64,000 nt of DNA, from NCBI GenBank assembly GCA_030690305.1, contig JAUYHB010000006.1, forward strand, positions 5,668 to 69,667. Reading direction: 5' to 3'. Below the pieces are notes generated by a model, which saw nothing but the letters and a program-made list of their open reading frames with translations, was not told the origin of the DNA and did no database searches. Positions 28,270 to 37,599 of the stretch are shown piece after piece (the first letter of the stretch is position 1; each line of letters begins with the position of its first letter). Made by a program: the position numbers and the translations under genes. The stretch is from a bacterium. GTDB taxonomy: Bacteria; Patescibacteriota; Minisyncoccia; Phycocordibacterales; JAGLPS01.

Positions 28270-28629
28270 TCAGACTTTTGCCGTTTCCTGTTTATTCGGA
28301 AACTTTTTCATTTTTTTGAGGTATATATATTCCACCCGGGCAAAAAGACTGTTGAGGGACGGGTCGGTCGAAGCATTATACGTTTCCGTCTTGCCATCGG
28401 GAAAAAAGATGCGCAGATACAAATACCCGCGTTCCTCCCCCATCTCAAGTTCAAGCTTCGCGCTTTCCCGCCTCCAGTAGGCGAGAAAGAAACATTTACC
28501 CGGCTTGTGGCGGGAGACGTCCGCTTTCCAACGAATTTTCCGACGCTTCATGTCCTGTTCTATTTCGGCAATGCGTACCGCCCCCTTCCCAAATTCGGGC
28601 TTTTCAAAGATAATTTCATCTTTTTTCAT
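28270..28629 (-). CDS. Orphan protein, divergent paralog 2
   Basis: IEQDMKRRKIRW motif; GGAGG SD lies within the upstream gene's 3' end. Confidence 0.6.
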   Translation of the reverse strand: MKKDEIIFEKPEFGKGAVRIAEIEQDMKRRKIRWKADVSRHKPGKCFFLAYWRRESAKLELEMGEERGYLYLRIFFPDGKTETYNASTDPSLNSLFARVEYIYLKKMKKFPNKQETAKV

Positions 28630-28978
28630 TTGCATCCTCCATTTTTCTCGCATTAATGTTGAAAAATAGAGCGAGTTTTTCATCCCAACGGGGTGGCGTA
28701 TGATTTGAGATTTCCCCCCAGAGTTCTATGAATTCTTCGGAAGACTCAAGGTACCCCCCTTCCATGGATAGCGAATATCCGAACCGAAGTGATATCCTCT
28801 GCACTTGGATGTAAAAGCCCGTCCAGAAAGAATGGCCGATAAGAACAACATCATCCTCATAGAACGCAAGGAAATATCTGTCGAATATTCCCCGCACATT
28901 CCATTTCAGATTTCTGTCTCTCGTCTCAATGAGCAACGTTCTGATGATTGCGTCTTTTTCCTCCGTGGAAAATAGCAT
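28616..28978 (-). CDS. Orphan protein, divergent paralog 3
   Basis: LLIETRDRNLKW motif; leader GTTTCTTTATATAACAAAGGAGGT. Confidence 0.65.
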   Translation of the reverse strand: MLFSTEEKDAIIRTLLIETRDRNLKWNVRGIFDRYFLAFYEDDVVLIGHSFWTGFYIQVQRISLRFGYSLSMEGGYLESSEEFIELWGEISNHTPPRWDEKLALFFNINARKMEDANEKR

Positions 28979-29042
28979 AAAACCTCCTTTGTTATATAAA
29001 GAAACTTTTCTGCCCTGAATCTACAATAAAAACGAGGTAAAA

Positions 29043-29070
29043 GCAAAACCCGCCTTTCGGCGGGTTTTGC
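29043..29070. terminator. Intrinsic terminator downstream of khpA
   Basis: GCAAAACCCGCC-TTTC-GGCGGGTTTTGC. Confidence 0.85.
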
Positions 29071-29088
29071 AAAAAATCTAAAGAAATA

Positions 29089-29406
29089 TTAGAGCTTGAG
29101 GTCTTCCATTACTTGGTCAACCGTCTTTGAAGCGCTCATTACGGGAGCTTCGCGCTTTCCTCCTTCCGGTTCGTTGATTTTGAGGTTAACGCGGGCATTG
29201 TTTTTCATGCCAACGACTCTCAAAAGGGTTCGGATGGCTTTGGCGGTATTTCCGCTTCTGCCGATAACCTTGCCCATATCCTCCGGTCCGACGTCGAGTG
29301 TCAAAAGAACACCCATTTCATCAACCTTGCGGTTGATTTTCACCGCGTCCGGATTATCAACGAGAGCCTTTATGACATACTCAAGAAACTGTGCGTCTCG
29401 TTCCAT
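29089..29406 (-). CDS. khpA: KH-domain RNA-binding protein KhpA
   Basis: LVDNPD, DMGKVIGRSGNTAKAIRTLL; canonical position after rpsP. Confidence 0.92.
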   Translation of the reverse strand: MERDAQFLEYVIKALVDNPDAVKINRKVDEMGVLLTLDVGPEDMGKVIGRSGNTAKAIRTLLRVVGMKNNARVNLKINEPEGGKREAPVMSASKTVDQVMEDLKL

Positions 29407-29565
29407 GCTAGTTCAGAAAAATTAACTTATGTTCAGAATTCGACCGTTTTACAAACCACGCGGGACAATAAAATCACCCGCGGTATTGCTGTTTTCAGAG
29501 TAGCAATTTTTGAGATGGACGTCAAAAAGACATCCACAAAGAAAGAAACCAAAAGAAAAAGAGGC

Positions 29566-29958
29566 CTATTTCGCGGCCCCTTCTTTGGTTTCTTCTTTTT
29601 CTTCTTTGGGAGTTTCCGCGGGGGCCTCGGCAGGAGCTTCAGCTTTAGGAGCGGCTTCTTCGGCTTTCGCTTCTTCTTTAAGAATCGGGCTTTTCTTGGG
29701 AAGAACGTTTATCTTTTTGCCTTTTACGATTTTGAGGTCAACAAGCATATTGTGGACCGTACCCGACATTTGAGCGCCTTTTGAAATCCAGTGTGTGATG
29801 CGTTCCGTTTTGAAATCATTTGAGGGGCGGCGCATATCGTGTGAGCCCAAGATTTCAAGGAAACGTCCGCTTTTTGTGGAGTTTTTTGAATCAGTCAAAA
29901 CGAGCCGAAAAACCGGTTCGTGCTTGCGTCCAACTCTCTGCAATCTGATTTTTAACAT
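29566..29958 (-). CDS. rpsP: 30S ribosomal protein S16 with acidic C-terminal tail
   Basis: MLKIRLQRVGRKHEP, WISKGAQ. Confidence 0.95.
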   Translation of the reverse strand: MLKIRLQRVGRKHEPVFRLVLTDSKNSTKSGRFLEILGSHDMRRPSNDFKTERITHWISKGAQMSGTVHNMLVDLKIVKGKKINVLPKKSPILKEEAKAEEAAPKAEAPAEAPAETPKEEKEETKEGAAK

Positions 29959-30051
29959 GAAGGGTATATTAACAGAAGAATACATGACGGTCAACAAGGA
30001 CAAAATGGCGAGACAACCGCATGTTTGCTATAGTGTCTAAGTATTACATCT

Positions 30052-31995
30052 ATGAAACACAAATCAGGCAAGAGCGAAACGGAAGCGCGAATAGTGGGAC
30101 AGATAAGCATCAATAGTAAAGGTGTCGGATTCGTCTCATTTCCCGGGCTCTCGGAAGACGTCGAAATACCCGAGAGTTCCCTTAAAACAGCTCTCAATAA
30201 AGACACGGTGGAAGTGCTCCTCCATCCCGCTTTTGCAAAAAAACGCAGAAGCGGAGAAGTCATAAAAATCGTAGCGCGGGCAAAAACCCGCTTTGTCGGC
30301 ATAGTCAAAAAACAAAATGACTTATGGATTCTTGTGCCCGATGACAGACGAGTCTACCGTGACATCATCATCTCCGAAAAAGATTCTCCACTTACGGAAG
30401 GGGTCAAAGTCGTGGTTGAAATGACCGAGTGGCGACACCACAAAGAAAATCCGCAGGGAAAAGTTGTTGCCGTGCTCGGCGCCCCCGGAGAACACAACGT
30501 GGAGATGGAATCCATTGTCCTTGAAAAAGGCTTTGACCTGCGTTTTCCGAAGGAAGTTGAGGAAGCCGCGGAACAGGTAAAAAAAGACACATATCCCATA
30601 CGCCCCGAGGAATTGGCGAAACGCCGTGACATCCGGGAAATTACGACATTCACAATCGACCCCGCCGATGCCAAGGACTTTGACGACGCCCTCTCATTCC
30701 GCACAATTGGCGACAATCTTTATGAAATCGGAGTGCATATCGCCGACGTGTCCCACTACGTAACCGAGGGAAGCGCCATAGACAAAGAAGCAAAAAAACG
30801 CGGCACATCCATTTATCTTGTGGACCGCACAGTGCCTATGTTGCCCCCCGTACTTTCAAACGACCTGTGCAGTCTAAACCCCAATGAAGACAAGTGTTCT
30901 TTTTCGGCCATCTTTGAAATGACCGGAGAAGGAAAGGTACAAAAACGCTGGTTCGGAAAAACAGTTATGAATTCCGACAAACGTTTTGACTACGAAGAGG
31001 CCCAGGGAATTATTGAGAAAGGCGGAATATTTGAAAATGAGCTTCGCACATTGAATGCCATAGCAAAAAAACTTACGGAAAAAAGATTCAGAGAAGGTTC
31101 GATTGATTTTGAAACTGTTGAAGTTAAATTCAAACTCGATGAAAACGGTGTTCCGTTGAGCGTGTACAAAAAACCTCGTTTGGATACCAACCGTCTCATT
31201 GAGGAATTCATGCTGCTTGCAAACCGCGAGGTCGCGGAATTCATGTACCGCGCTCAAAAATCGCAAGGAAACAAGATCGGCTCTTTTATTTTCCGCATTC
31301 ACGATGTGCCGGACAAAGAAAGAATCGAATCGCTTGCGGTGTTCGCACGGGCGCTCGGATACGTACTTCCCATCAAAAACGGGAAGGTGACATCAAAAGA
31401 TATGAATGCGCTCCTCAAAAAAATAGAAGGAAAAACGGAAGAGTCTTTGATAAGCACCGCCGCTGTCCGCTCGATGGCCAAGGCGGTATATTCCACCAAA
31501 AATATCGGCCATTTCGGACTGGCGTTCAATTACTACACGCACTTCACCTCCCCTATCCGCCGCTATCCTGACCTTATCGTTCACCGCCTTCTCGAACAAT
31601 ATCTTCAGAACAAAGCAATTCCCCTCAATGAATACGCCAAATACGAAAAGATAGCCGAGGAGGCGTCGGCACGGGAAAAAAGCGCGGCGGAAGCGGAGCG
31701 TGATTCCGTCAAATACAAGCAGGTTGAGTATATGACTAAATTTGTCGGCAAAGACTTTAAGGGAATCATTTCCGGCGTAACCGAATGGGGCATCTACATT
31801 GAGGAAATGGAGACCCGTTCCGAAGGGATGGCGAAATTGCGCGATATGAATGACGATTTCTATACTCTCGACGAAAAAACATATTCTCTTGTCGGAAGAA
31901 GAACAGGAAAACGGTTTAGCCTGGGCGAAGAGGTGTCCTTCCGCGTTGCGGGCACCGACCTTGAAAAGAAAACGATTGATTACAGACTCTTATAA
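30052..31995 (+). CDS. rnr: Ribonuclease R
   Basis: TIDPADAKDFDDA, HIADVSHYV, HFTSPIRRYPDL, C-terminal S1 domain. Confidence 0.95.
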   Translation: MKHKSGKSETEARIVGQISINSKGVGFVSFPGLSEDVEIPESSLKTALNKDTVEVLLHPAFAKKRRSGEVIKIVARAKTRFVGIVKKQNDLWILVPDDRRVYRDIIISEKDSPLTEGVKVVVEMTEWRHHKENPQGKVVAVLGAPGEHNVEMESIVLEKGFDLRFPKEVEEAAEQVKKDTYPIRPEELAKRRDIREITTFTIDPADAKDFDDALSFRTIGDNLYEIGVHIADVSHYVTEGSAIDKEAKKRGTSIYLVDRTVPMLPPVLSNDLCSLNPNEDKCSFSAIFEMTGEGKVQKRWFGKTVMNSDKRFDYEEAQGIIEKGGIFENELRTLNAIAKKLTEKRFREGSIDFETVEVKFKLDENGVPLSVYKKPRLDTNRLIEEFMLLANREVAEFMYRAQKSQGNKIGSFIFRIHDVPDKERIESLAVFARALGYVLPIKNGKVTSKDMNALLKKIEGKTEESLISTAAVRSMAKAVYSTKNIGHFGLAFNYYTHFTSPIRRYPDLIVHRLLEQYLQNKAIPLNEYAKYEKIAEEASAREKSAAEAERDSVKYKQVEYMTKFVGKDFKGIISGVTEWGIYIEEMETRSEGMAKLRDMNDDFYTLDEKTYSLVGRRTGKRFSLGEEVSFRVAGTDLEKKTIDYRLL

Positions 31996-32007
31996 GTTGT
32001 GCTAGAC

Positions 32008-32041
32008 AAAAAAGAGCCGCTGTAAGAAATTACAGCGGCTC
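32008..32041. terminator. Terminator between rnr and the YadA-like gene
   Basis: AAAAAAGAGCCGCTGTAA-GAAA-TTACAGCGGCTC. Confidence 0.8.
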
Positions 32042-32053
32042 CGGAGTATAGCA

Positions 32054-32566
32054 TTACCATTGCAAAGTGAGTGTGGCTTTTCCTGCCACCGTTTCATTGT
32101 CGCCAACAGCAACGGAACCGCCGGCTTGCAATGAATCGTTGAAACGCATGGCGAATCCGAGACCGCCCGCTTGACCATCCCGAAGAAAACCACCGCTTAA
32201 AGAGGTGGCGAATTTTTTGTCGAAATCGACATGAGGAACATCAAGCGCGGCAACAGTCGCGAGACCTTTCTCGAGTTTCTCCGAGTCGTAATCCTGACCG
32301 GGAGTCCCTTGGGGACCCTGTATGCTTTGGCCGTCCTTGCCGTCCTTTCCGTCGGCACCCTGGACAATAATGACCGTCTTTTGGTCATGGTTGTTGTGCC
32401 CGTAATTTTTGTCGTTGTGACTGTTTTTGTTTTCATGGGAATTGTAGTGCGAATTCCCCCCTTTGAAATTTCCGCCCGGCGCAGAATTGCCGCCGGCAAA
32501 TGCGGGATTCCCGACACACAACGCGACTGCAAGAGCAAAAGCGAAAACAACGGATACCTTCTTCAT
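32054..32566 (-). CDS. Minimal YadA-like trimeric autotransporter with collagen-like Gly-X-Y repeat
   Basis: Signal peptide (AFA), His/Asn-rich head, GADGKDGKDGQSIQGPQGTPGQD, linker KGLATVAAL, four-strand anchor ending LTLQW. Confidence 0.72.
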   Translation of the reverse strand: MKKVSVVFAFALAVALCVGNPAFAGGNSAPGGNFKGGNSHYNSHENKNSHNDKNYGHNNHDQKTVIIVQGADGKDGKDGQSIQGPQGTPGQDYDSEKLEKGLATVAALDVPHVDFDKKFATSLSGGFLRDGQAGGLGFAMRFNDSLQAGGSVAVGDNETVAGKATLTLQW

Positions 32567-32719
32567 ACCTTCCCCCTTTTTGGTATTGGTTTTTTCAATC
32601 GTGCGAATGCCTCCTTCATCCGACACGCGGTAAGCGACTCCTGTCGCATGTGAATGTACAAAAAGCTTCCTGCTATTGATAGCATAGTAAGTGTCTTTGT
32701 CAATAAAATCGCGGAGATT

Positions 32720-34993
32720 CTATTTCGCTACCACGACCGCCTCGTCGAATTTTACCGAAAGGAGTTTTGACATTCCTCCGGAATCCATTGTCACGCCATA
32801 GAGAACGCCGGCACGAGACATTGTCTCGCGGTTATGCGTGATTAAAATCAGCTGGCTTTTCTTTGAAAGATTTTCAATCATATCGCCGTATTTTCTCGAG
32901 TTCGCTTCGTCAAGTGCGGCATCGGTCTCGTCGAGAATGACAAAAGGTGGCGGATTAACCTGAGAAACGGCAAAAAGAAGGGCGATTGAGGTAAGCGCGC
33001 GCTCCCCGCCCGAGAGCATCATAAGACCTTTGATTTTCTTCCGCGGAAGAGAAACGGAAATTTCTATTCCTTCCTCAATTTCTTCTTCCACGGACATTGA
33101 GGATTCTTCGTCCTCGGACAATATGATATCGGTATCGGATCGTTTTCGTTTTTTCTCTTCGACAACGGAAAGCGAGGCGGTGCCTCCGCCAAACATCAAA
33201 GTGAAAAAATCTTTAAACTGATGATTGATCCGGGAAACGCCGTCTTTGAATTCCACATTCAATTTTTCTTCCAATTCTTCAATAAGCGTTTTGAGGTCCA
33301 TCGCGGACTTTTCCAAGTCCGTTAATTCCCGCGCCAAAAATTCATCGCGCTCGCTTGTCTCTTTGAATTCTTTCAGCGTTTCCTCACCTCCTCCGCCCAT
33401 GTCTTCAAGGCGAATTTTCAGTTTTTCGATTGCACGACGCCTGTCTTCCTGGATATCGCGCGGTTCTTCCATCACCGTCTTTGCGGCGATTTCTTTCCCG
33501 TCTTCGTCCTTTAAAACAAAGGTCTTGTATTCCAGGATGGCGGCACCGATAAGCACTCCCGCTTCGGTAAGTTCGCGTTTAAAATCCTCATCCGCGCGTC
33601 GAAACGTCATTTCATCGTTTGAAACCATTGTAAGCTCGGAGCGCACCTCTCTTTCTTGGGCCATTATCCTGAACACTTCTTTCTCCGCATCGCGGCTCGT
33701 ATCTTTTTCTTTTTCGATTCCTTCTTTGAGTATTCGGTATTCTTTTTCAAACCCTTCTTCGTTATTTTTCAGAGAAACAATTCGTTTTTCTATTTCCCTT
33801 TTCTTGTCATTAAGCAATTCGATTTCCTTTTGCGAATCGGAAACAATGGGAGATACCGTTTGCCTGTGCGAAGAAATAAAATCACGGACGGAATGGAGAA
33901 TAGTTTTAATGATTTCCCTCAGAGAAGCGGGGTCCGAGGAAGCCGTTTCCGCCTTCGATTCAAGGTCTCCCGCAAGTACTTCAACGTCGCGCAGCGAAAC
34001 GCTTCCCTCTCCTTTCTCACGTTCAATGGTTTTTTGTCTCTCAATAACACGCTCGTTGGAAGCAATTTCCCCTTCTATACGGCCAAGGTCGCGCGTGAGG
34101 GCATCTTTTTCTTCCCGGGTTTTCTTTATATTTTGTTCAAGCGAAAAAATGCGTTCGGTTTTTTCGTCCCGCGAGTGCGAGCCTTCGAGAATTTTCTTGG
34201 CTTTCACGAGTTCCCCTTCAAGCCGTTTCAAATCGTTTTCCGGCCCGCGGCGTCTGTCTTCAAGTTCTTTTCTGGTTATTGAGAGATATGTGTGCTCGCG
34301 GTTGAGGTAGCGCAAGTAGAGCACGCGCAATTCTTCCTTCGTTGAACGTGCTTTCTCGATTTTTTCAATTTGTTTTTTCAGAAAACGCAGATGTGGGGCA
34401 ATTTCCCTTCGCAGGGATTCTACGGATTTTATATTTTCCTGCGTTTTTTCAAGTTTTCGTTCGCTTTCAAGCCGTTTATATTGATAGATTTTAAGTCCCA
34501 AAGCGTCCTCTATCATCTCTTTACGCTCTTTGGGATTCGTATTTAAAATTTTGTCAGCTTCGCCTTGGGAAATAATGTGGTGGCCCGATGCGCCAATGTG
34601 AGCGGAGGCAAGCAGCTCCAAAATATCCTTTAGGCGCACACGGCTGCCGTTTAGAAAATATTCGTTTACGGAATCACGGTAGACGGTGCGTTCAAGAATA
34701 ACCTCTTCAAAATCAATCGGAAGAGCCCGCCCTCGATTATCAAACGTCACCTTAACCGAAGCACGGCTTGCTCTTGGCACGGTTTGAGAGCCGTTCCAAA
34801 TAAGGTCTTCACCCCGTTTGCCGCGCATTGATTTGATGGACTGTTCGCCCAATACAAACCGAAATGCCTCGGCGATATTTGATTTCCCCGAGCCGTTTGG
34901 GCCTACAATAGCCGTTATCGGTGAAGAAAATTCAAGAGAATCTTTTTTTCCGAACGATTTGAAACCGGAAATTTCGAGGTTTTTCAAATACAT
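32720..34993 (-). CDS. smc: SMC-family ATPase, short (757 aa), no recognisable hinge
   Basis: GFKSF, Walker A GPNGSGKSN, IISQG, LSGGE, Walker B ILDETDAALD; start 7 nt after TAAGAT. Confidence 0.88.
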   Translation of the reverse strand: MYLKNLEISGFKSFGKKDSLEFSSPITAIVGPNGSGKSNIAEAFRFVLGEQSIKSMRGKRGEDLIWNGSQTVPRASRASVKVTFDNRGRALPIDFEEVILERTVYRDSVNEYFLNGSRVRLKDILELLASAHIGASGHHIISQGEADKILNTNPKERKEMIEDALGLKIYQYKRLESERKLEKTQENIKSVESLRREIAPHLRFLKKQIEKIEKARSTKEELRVLYLRYLNREHTYLSITRKELEDRRRGPENDLKRLEGELVKAKKILEGSHSRDEKTERIFSLEQNIKKTREEKDALTRDLGRIEGEIASNERVIERQKTIEREKGEGSVSLRDVEVLAGDLESKAETASSDPASLREIIKTILHSVRDFISSHRQTVSPIVSDSQKEIELLNDKKREIEKRIVSLKNNEEGFEKEYRILKEGIEKEKDTSRDAEKEVFRIMAQEREVRSELTMVSNDEMTFRRADEDFKRELTEAGVLIGAAILEYKTFVLKDEDGKEIAAKTVMEEPRDIQEDRRRAIEKLKIRLEDMGGGGEETLKEFKETSERDEFLARELTDLEKSAMDLKTLIEELEEKLNVEFKDGVSRINHQFKDFFTLMFGGGTASLSVVEEKKRKRSDTDIILSEDEESSMSVEEEIEEGIEISVSLPRKKIKGLMMLSGGERALTSIALLFAVSQVNPPPFVILDETDAALDEANSRKYGDMIENLSKKSQLILITHNRETMSRAGVLYGVTMDSGGMSKLLSVKFDEAVVVAK

Positions 34994-35086
34994 GTTTACC
35001 ATCTTAACACGTTTACTTATCTGGCTAAAAATGGTTGACTGGATGACAGATAGAAGCACTCTCAAAACAAAAAGGAGGCGATATTT

Positions 35087-35515
35087 ATGGCTATTATATC
35101 GTTGGTACTCAGTACGCTTATGTTCGTCAGTCCACTTGTAGAAAACAGACCCAAGCACCTTCTCGTCAAAGAGAGACAAGAGATTGGGTACAAACTGGTA
35201 GTCTCAGAACCTTTTCAGTCTGGAATGAAAAATGTATGGTGCATTAAATTTATTCTTGCAGGAGAAAAAAACGAGACAGGTGAGGTGGGCGTATACGAAA
35301 AGGTCAAGAACGGTACGGGAGAAGTAAGTGTTTTTAAAGCGTTGAGTACTCAAGAAATAGAGCAGTACACGCGGGTAGCCTTTTATAGCGAAAAGGAAAC
35401 ACGTGAGTCGATTATAGAATCGATTAACGGCGGGAAAATTTTTATTACAGCCGTTCACCTTGTCTATATTGAGAATGGTAAAGAGGCGCTTCTGTACATT
35501 GCGCACACAAACTAA
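35087..35515 (+). CDS. Orphan protein with N-terminal signal/TM segment
   Basis: SD AAAGGAGG, hydrophobic N-terminus, own terminator. Confidence 0.65.
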   Translation: MAIISLVLSTLMFVSPLVENRPKHLLVKERQEIGYKLVVSEPFQSGMKNVWCIKFILAGEKNETGEVGVYEKVKNGTGEVSVFKALSTQEIEQYTRVAFYSEKETRESIIESINGGKIFITAVHLVYIENGKEALLYIAHTN

Positions 35516-35552
35516 AAAGACCCTCATATATTTTATTGTTGAGGGTCTTTTT
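35514..35552. terminator. Bidirectional intrinsic terminator
   Basis: AAAAAGACCCTCA...TGAGGGTCTTTTT. Confidence 0.8.
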
Positions 35553-36245
35553 CTATTTCCAGCCGCTTTTTTGGAGAGCGTTCTTGGCAGCCTCCTGCTC
35601 GGCGATTTGTTTTGAGCTTCCTTCGCCAGAAGCAATCATGGTTTCATTTAAAAATACTCCGACGACAAACTGTTTGTCGTGGTCCGGGCCGGTTTCTCTC
35701 AATATTTGATATGCCGGCGTAATTCCTTTTTGTTCCTGGGCGCGTTCCTGGAATAAGCTTTTCGCGTCAATAAGAGCGCCACTTTCAATAATTGCGTCAA
35801 TCAAAGGCCTGACGTGTTTGAGGACAAACATTTTTGCCGACTCGTAACCTTGGTCAAGATATATCGCACCGATAATCGCTTCAACCGCGTTTGCGATAAT
35901 GAACTGCCGCGCGCGTCCAACGTCTTTCGCTTCTCCCTTGGATAACAAAAGGAAATCATTGATTCCGACATCGATACCGACTTGGGAGAGACTGTTTGCA
36001 TTTACAAGCGCCGCTCTGTAAGCGGTAAGGTCGCCCTCGGTCTTCTCCGGATACTCTTCAAAAAGATAATGGGTGATAGCGAGCTCAAGCACCGCGTCAC
36101 CCAAAAACTCGAGGCGTTCGTTATGGGCCAAGGAAAGGTCGCGGTGCTCGTTGATGAAGGAACGGTGAATAAAGGCCTGCTTGAGAAGGTCCTTGTTTTT
36201 AAAGGTTATTCCTATTTTTTGTTCAAAATTTGAAAAATCCGTCAT
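35553..36245 (-). CDS. rnc: Ribonuclease III
   Basis: HNERLEFLGDAVL, EAIIGAIYLD, dsRBD GPDHDKQF. Confidence 0.97.
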   Translation of the reverse strand: MTDFSNFEQKIGITFKNKDLLKQAFIHRSFINEHRDLSLAHNERLEFLGDAVLELAITHYLFEEYPEKTEGDLTAYRAALVNANSLSQVGIDVGINDFLLLSKGEAKDVGRARQFIIANAVEAIIGAIYLDQGYESAKMFVLKHVRPLIDAIIESGALIDAKSLFQERAQEQKGITPAYQILRETGPDHDKQFVVGVFLNETMIASGEGSSKQIAEQEAAKNALQKSGWK

Positions 36246-36250
36246 TTGTT

Positions 36251-37168
36251 CTATTTCTTCTGCTGTGGATGCTTTTGCAAGAGTATGTTAATCGCTTTTG
36301 TGACCAATGGCAAGATGTCGTTGTAAAAATTGAGTGTGATAATGTCGCTCAGTTTAAACCACTTTACGTCATCAAGGCCCCCCTCTTTCATAAGTTTTAC
36401 ATCGTCAAAAGGAGACGACGCAAGAAAATATACGACTTGTTTTTTTATTTTACCCTTTTCCGGGTCAAAGGTCGTGTATGAATTTTCACCCAATTTTTCT
36501 TCCGGAGAGATGGTAAGGCCGATTTCCTCTTTGATAACGCGTACAACACCCTCCTCTTCCGATTCTTTCTCGTTGAGGTGACCTTTGGAGAGGGTCCAGT
36601 ACCCGAATACGTCATGCACAAGCGCGAGGTAAATTTGTTTCTTTTCAACGGCATAGACAATGGCACCCGCGAGCCGTTCCACCGGCAATTGGCTGTCAGG
36701 CACATCGGGTGAAAACTTTTTACGTTTGGAAATCTCGTCTTTCCCCGGTTCCCCCATTTCTTTGTACACGGCGCCAAGTACCCCGTTTATAAATTTTCCG
36801 CTCGTTTCTCCTCCAAACGTTTTCGCCAGTTCAATCGCTTCGTTAATGGCGACTTTGGGTGGCACTTCTTTTCTGTCCGAGAAAAGCAATTCCGAAAGTC
36901 CGATGCGTAAAATATTCCGGTCGATGATTGAGATACGGTCAATCGGCCAGTCGGGAGCGGCTTTCTCGATAATGCGGTCAAGGTCCTTTGACTTCTTGAT
37001 AACCGTGTCCAGGAGTCCCTCCATAAACGAAAAATCTCCCATGCCGGGAGCAAATTCCTCTACATTCCTCTTAAGGATTTCTTTGACCTCACTGCTATTT
37101 TTGGACGCAAAATCCCACTCGAATAGGGTTTGCATCACAATTGATCGTGAAAGGTGCCGATTAGCCAT
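36251..37168 (-). CDS. nusB: Transcription antitermination factor NusB fused to a C-terminal Nudix domain
   Basis: NusB: RHLSR, DRNILR, VAINEAIELAKTFG..FINGVLG; Nudix: WTLSKGHLNEKE...RVIKEEIGL. Confidence 0.9.
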   Translation of the reverse strand: MANRHLSRSIVMQTLFEWDFASKNSSEVKEILKRNVEEFAPGMGDFSFMEGLLDTVIKKSKDLDRIIEKAAPDWPIDRISIIDRNILRIGLSELLFSDRKEVPPKVAINEAIELAKTFGGETSGKFINGVLGAVYKEMGEPGKDEISKRKKFSPDVPDSQLPVERLAGAIVYAVEKKQIYLALVHDVFGYWTLSKGHLNEKESEEEGVVRVIKEEIGLTISPEEKLGENSYTTFDPEKGKIKKQVVYFLASSPFDDVKLMKEGGLDDVKWFKLSDIITLNFYNDILPLVTKAINILLQKHPQQKK

Positions 37169-37272
37169 ATTTTACAACGTGCATATGTAACTTCTCATCC
37201 TCAATCTTATCAAAAAACAAAACCTGCTACAAACTTCTTTTATTGCCTGGCACAACGAGAGGGTTCCGCCTC

Positions 37273-37512
37273 TTATTTCTTCTCCGTTTCTTTTTTCTCT
37301 TCGGTCTTTTTAAGTTTTTTGGCCTTTTTTTCTATAGCCGCGGACACGTTAACAATTTTCCTGCCGCGGTATTCTCCACAATTTTTACATACGGTGTGGC
37401 GTGATACGGGAGATTTGCAATTCGGGCATATAGACAAAGCCTCCGCCTTAAGGGCGTGGTGAGAACGGCGGTTCGCCGTGTGGGATCTCGTGTGTCGCAT
37501 TCGTACAACCAT
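37273..37512 (-). CDS. rpmF: 50S ribosomal protein L32
   Basis: RRSHHAL, CPNC...HTVCKNCGEYRGR. Confidence 0.93.
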   Translation of the reverse strand: MVVRMRHTRSHTANRRSHHALKAEALSICPNCKSPVSRHTVCKNCGEYRGRKIVNVSAAIEKKAKKLKKTEEKKETEKK

Positions 37513-37550
37513 ATCTGGGCAAGTATAAAACATTTTAAAGAAAAAGCAAG

Positions 37551-37582
37551 AAAAAACCCGCAACATTGCGTTGCGGGTTTTT
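37551..37582. terminator. Intrinsic terminator
   Basis: AAAAAACCCGCAAC-ATTGC-GTTGCGGGTTTTT. Confidence 0.85.
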
Positions 37583-37599
37583 GAAAAACTTAAGGAAGA

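Noticed and set aside
26485-29070. Integron cassette array or prophage remnant as the explanation for the orphan stack
   Set aside because: No integrase, no attC-like repeats and no phage structural genes; most genes have their own promoter and terminator.
33225-34310. 361-aa plus-strand ORF
   Set aside because: It is the Ser/Phe-rich antisense mirror of the Glu/Lys-rich SMC coiled coil.
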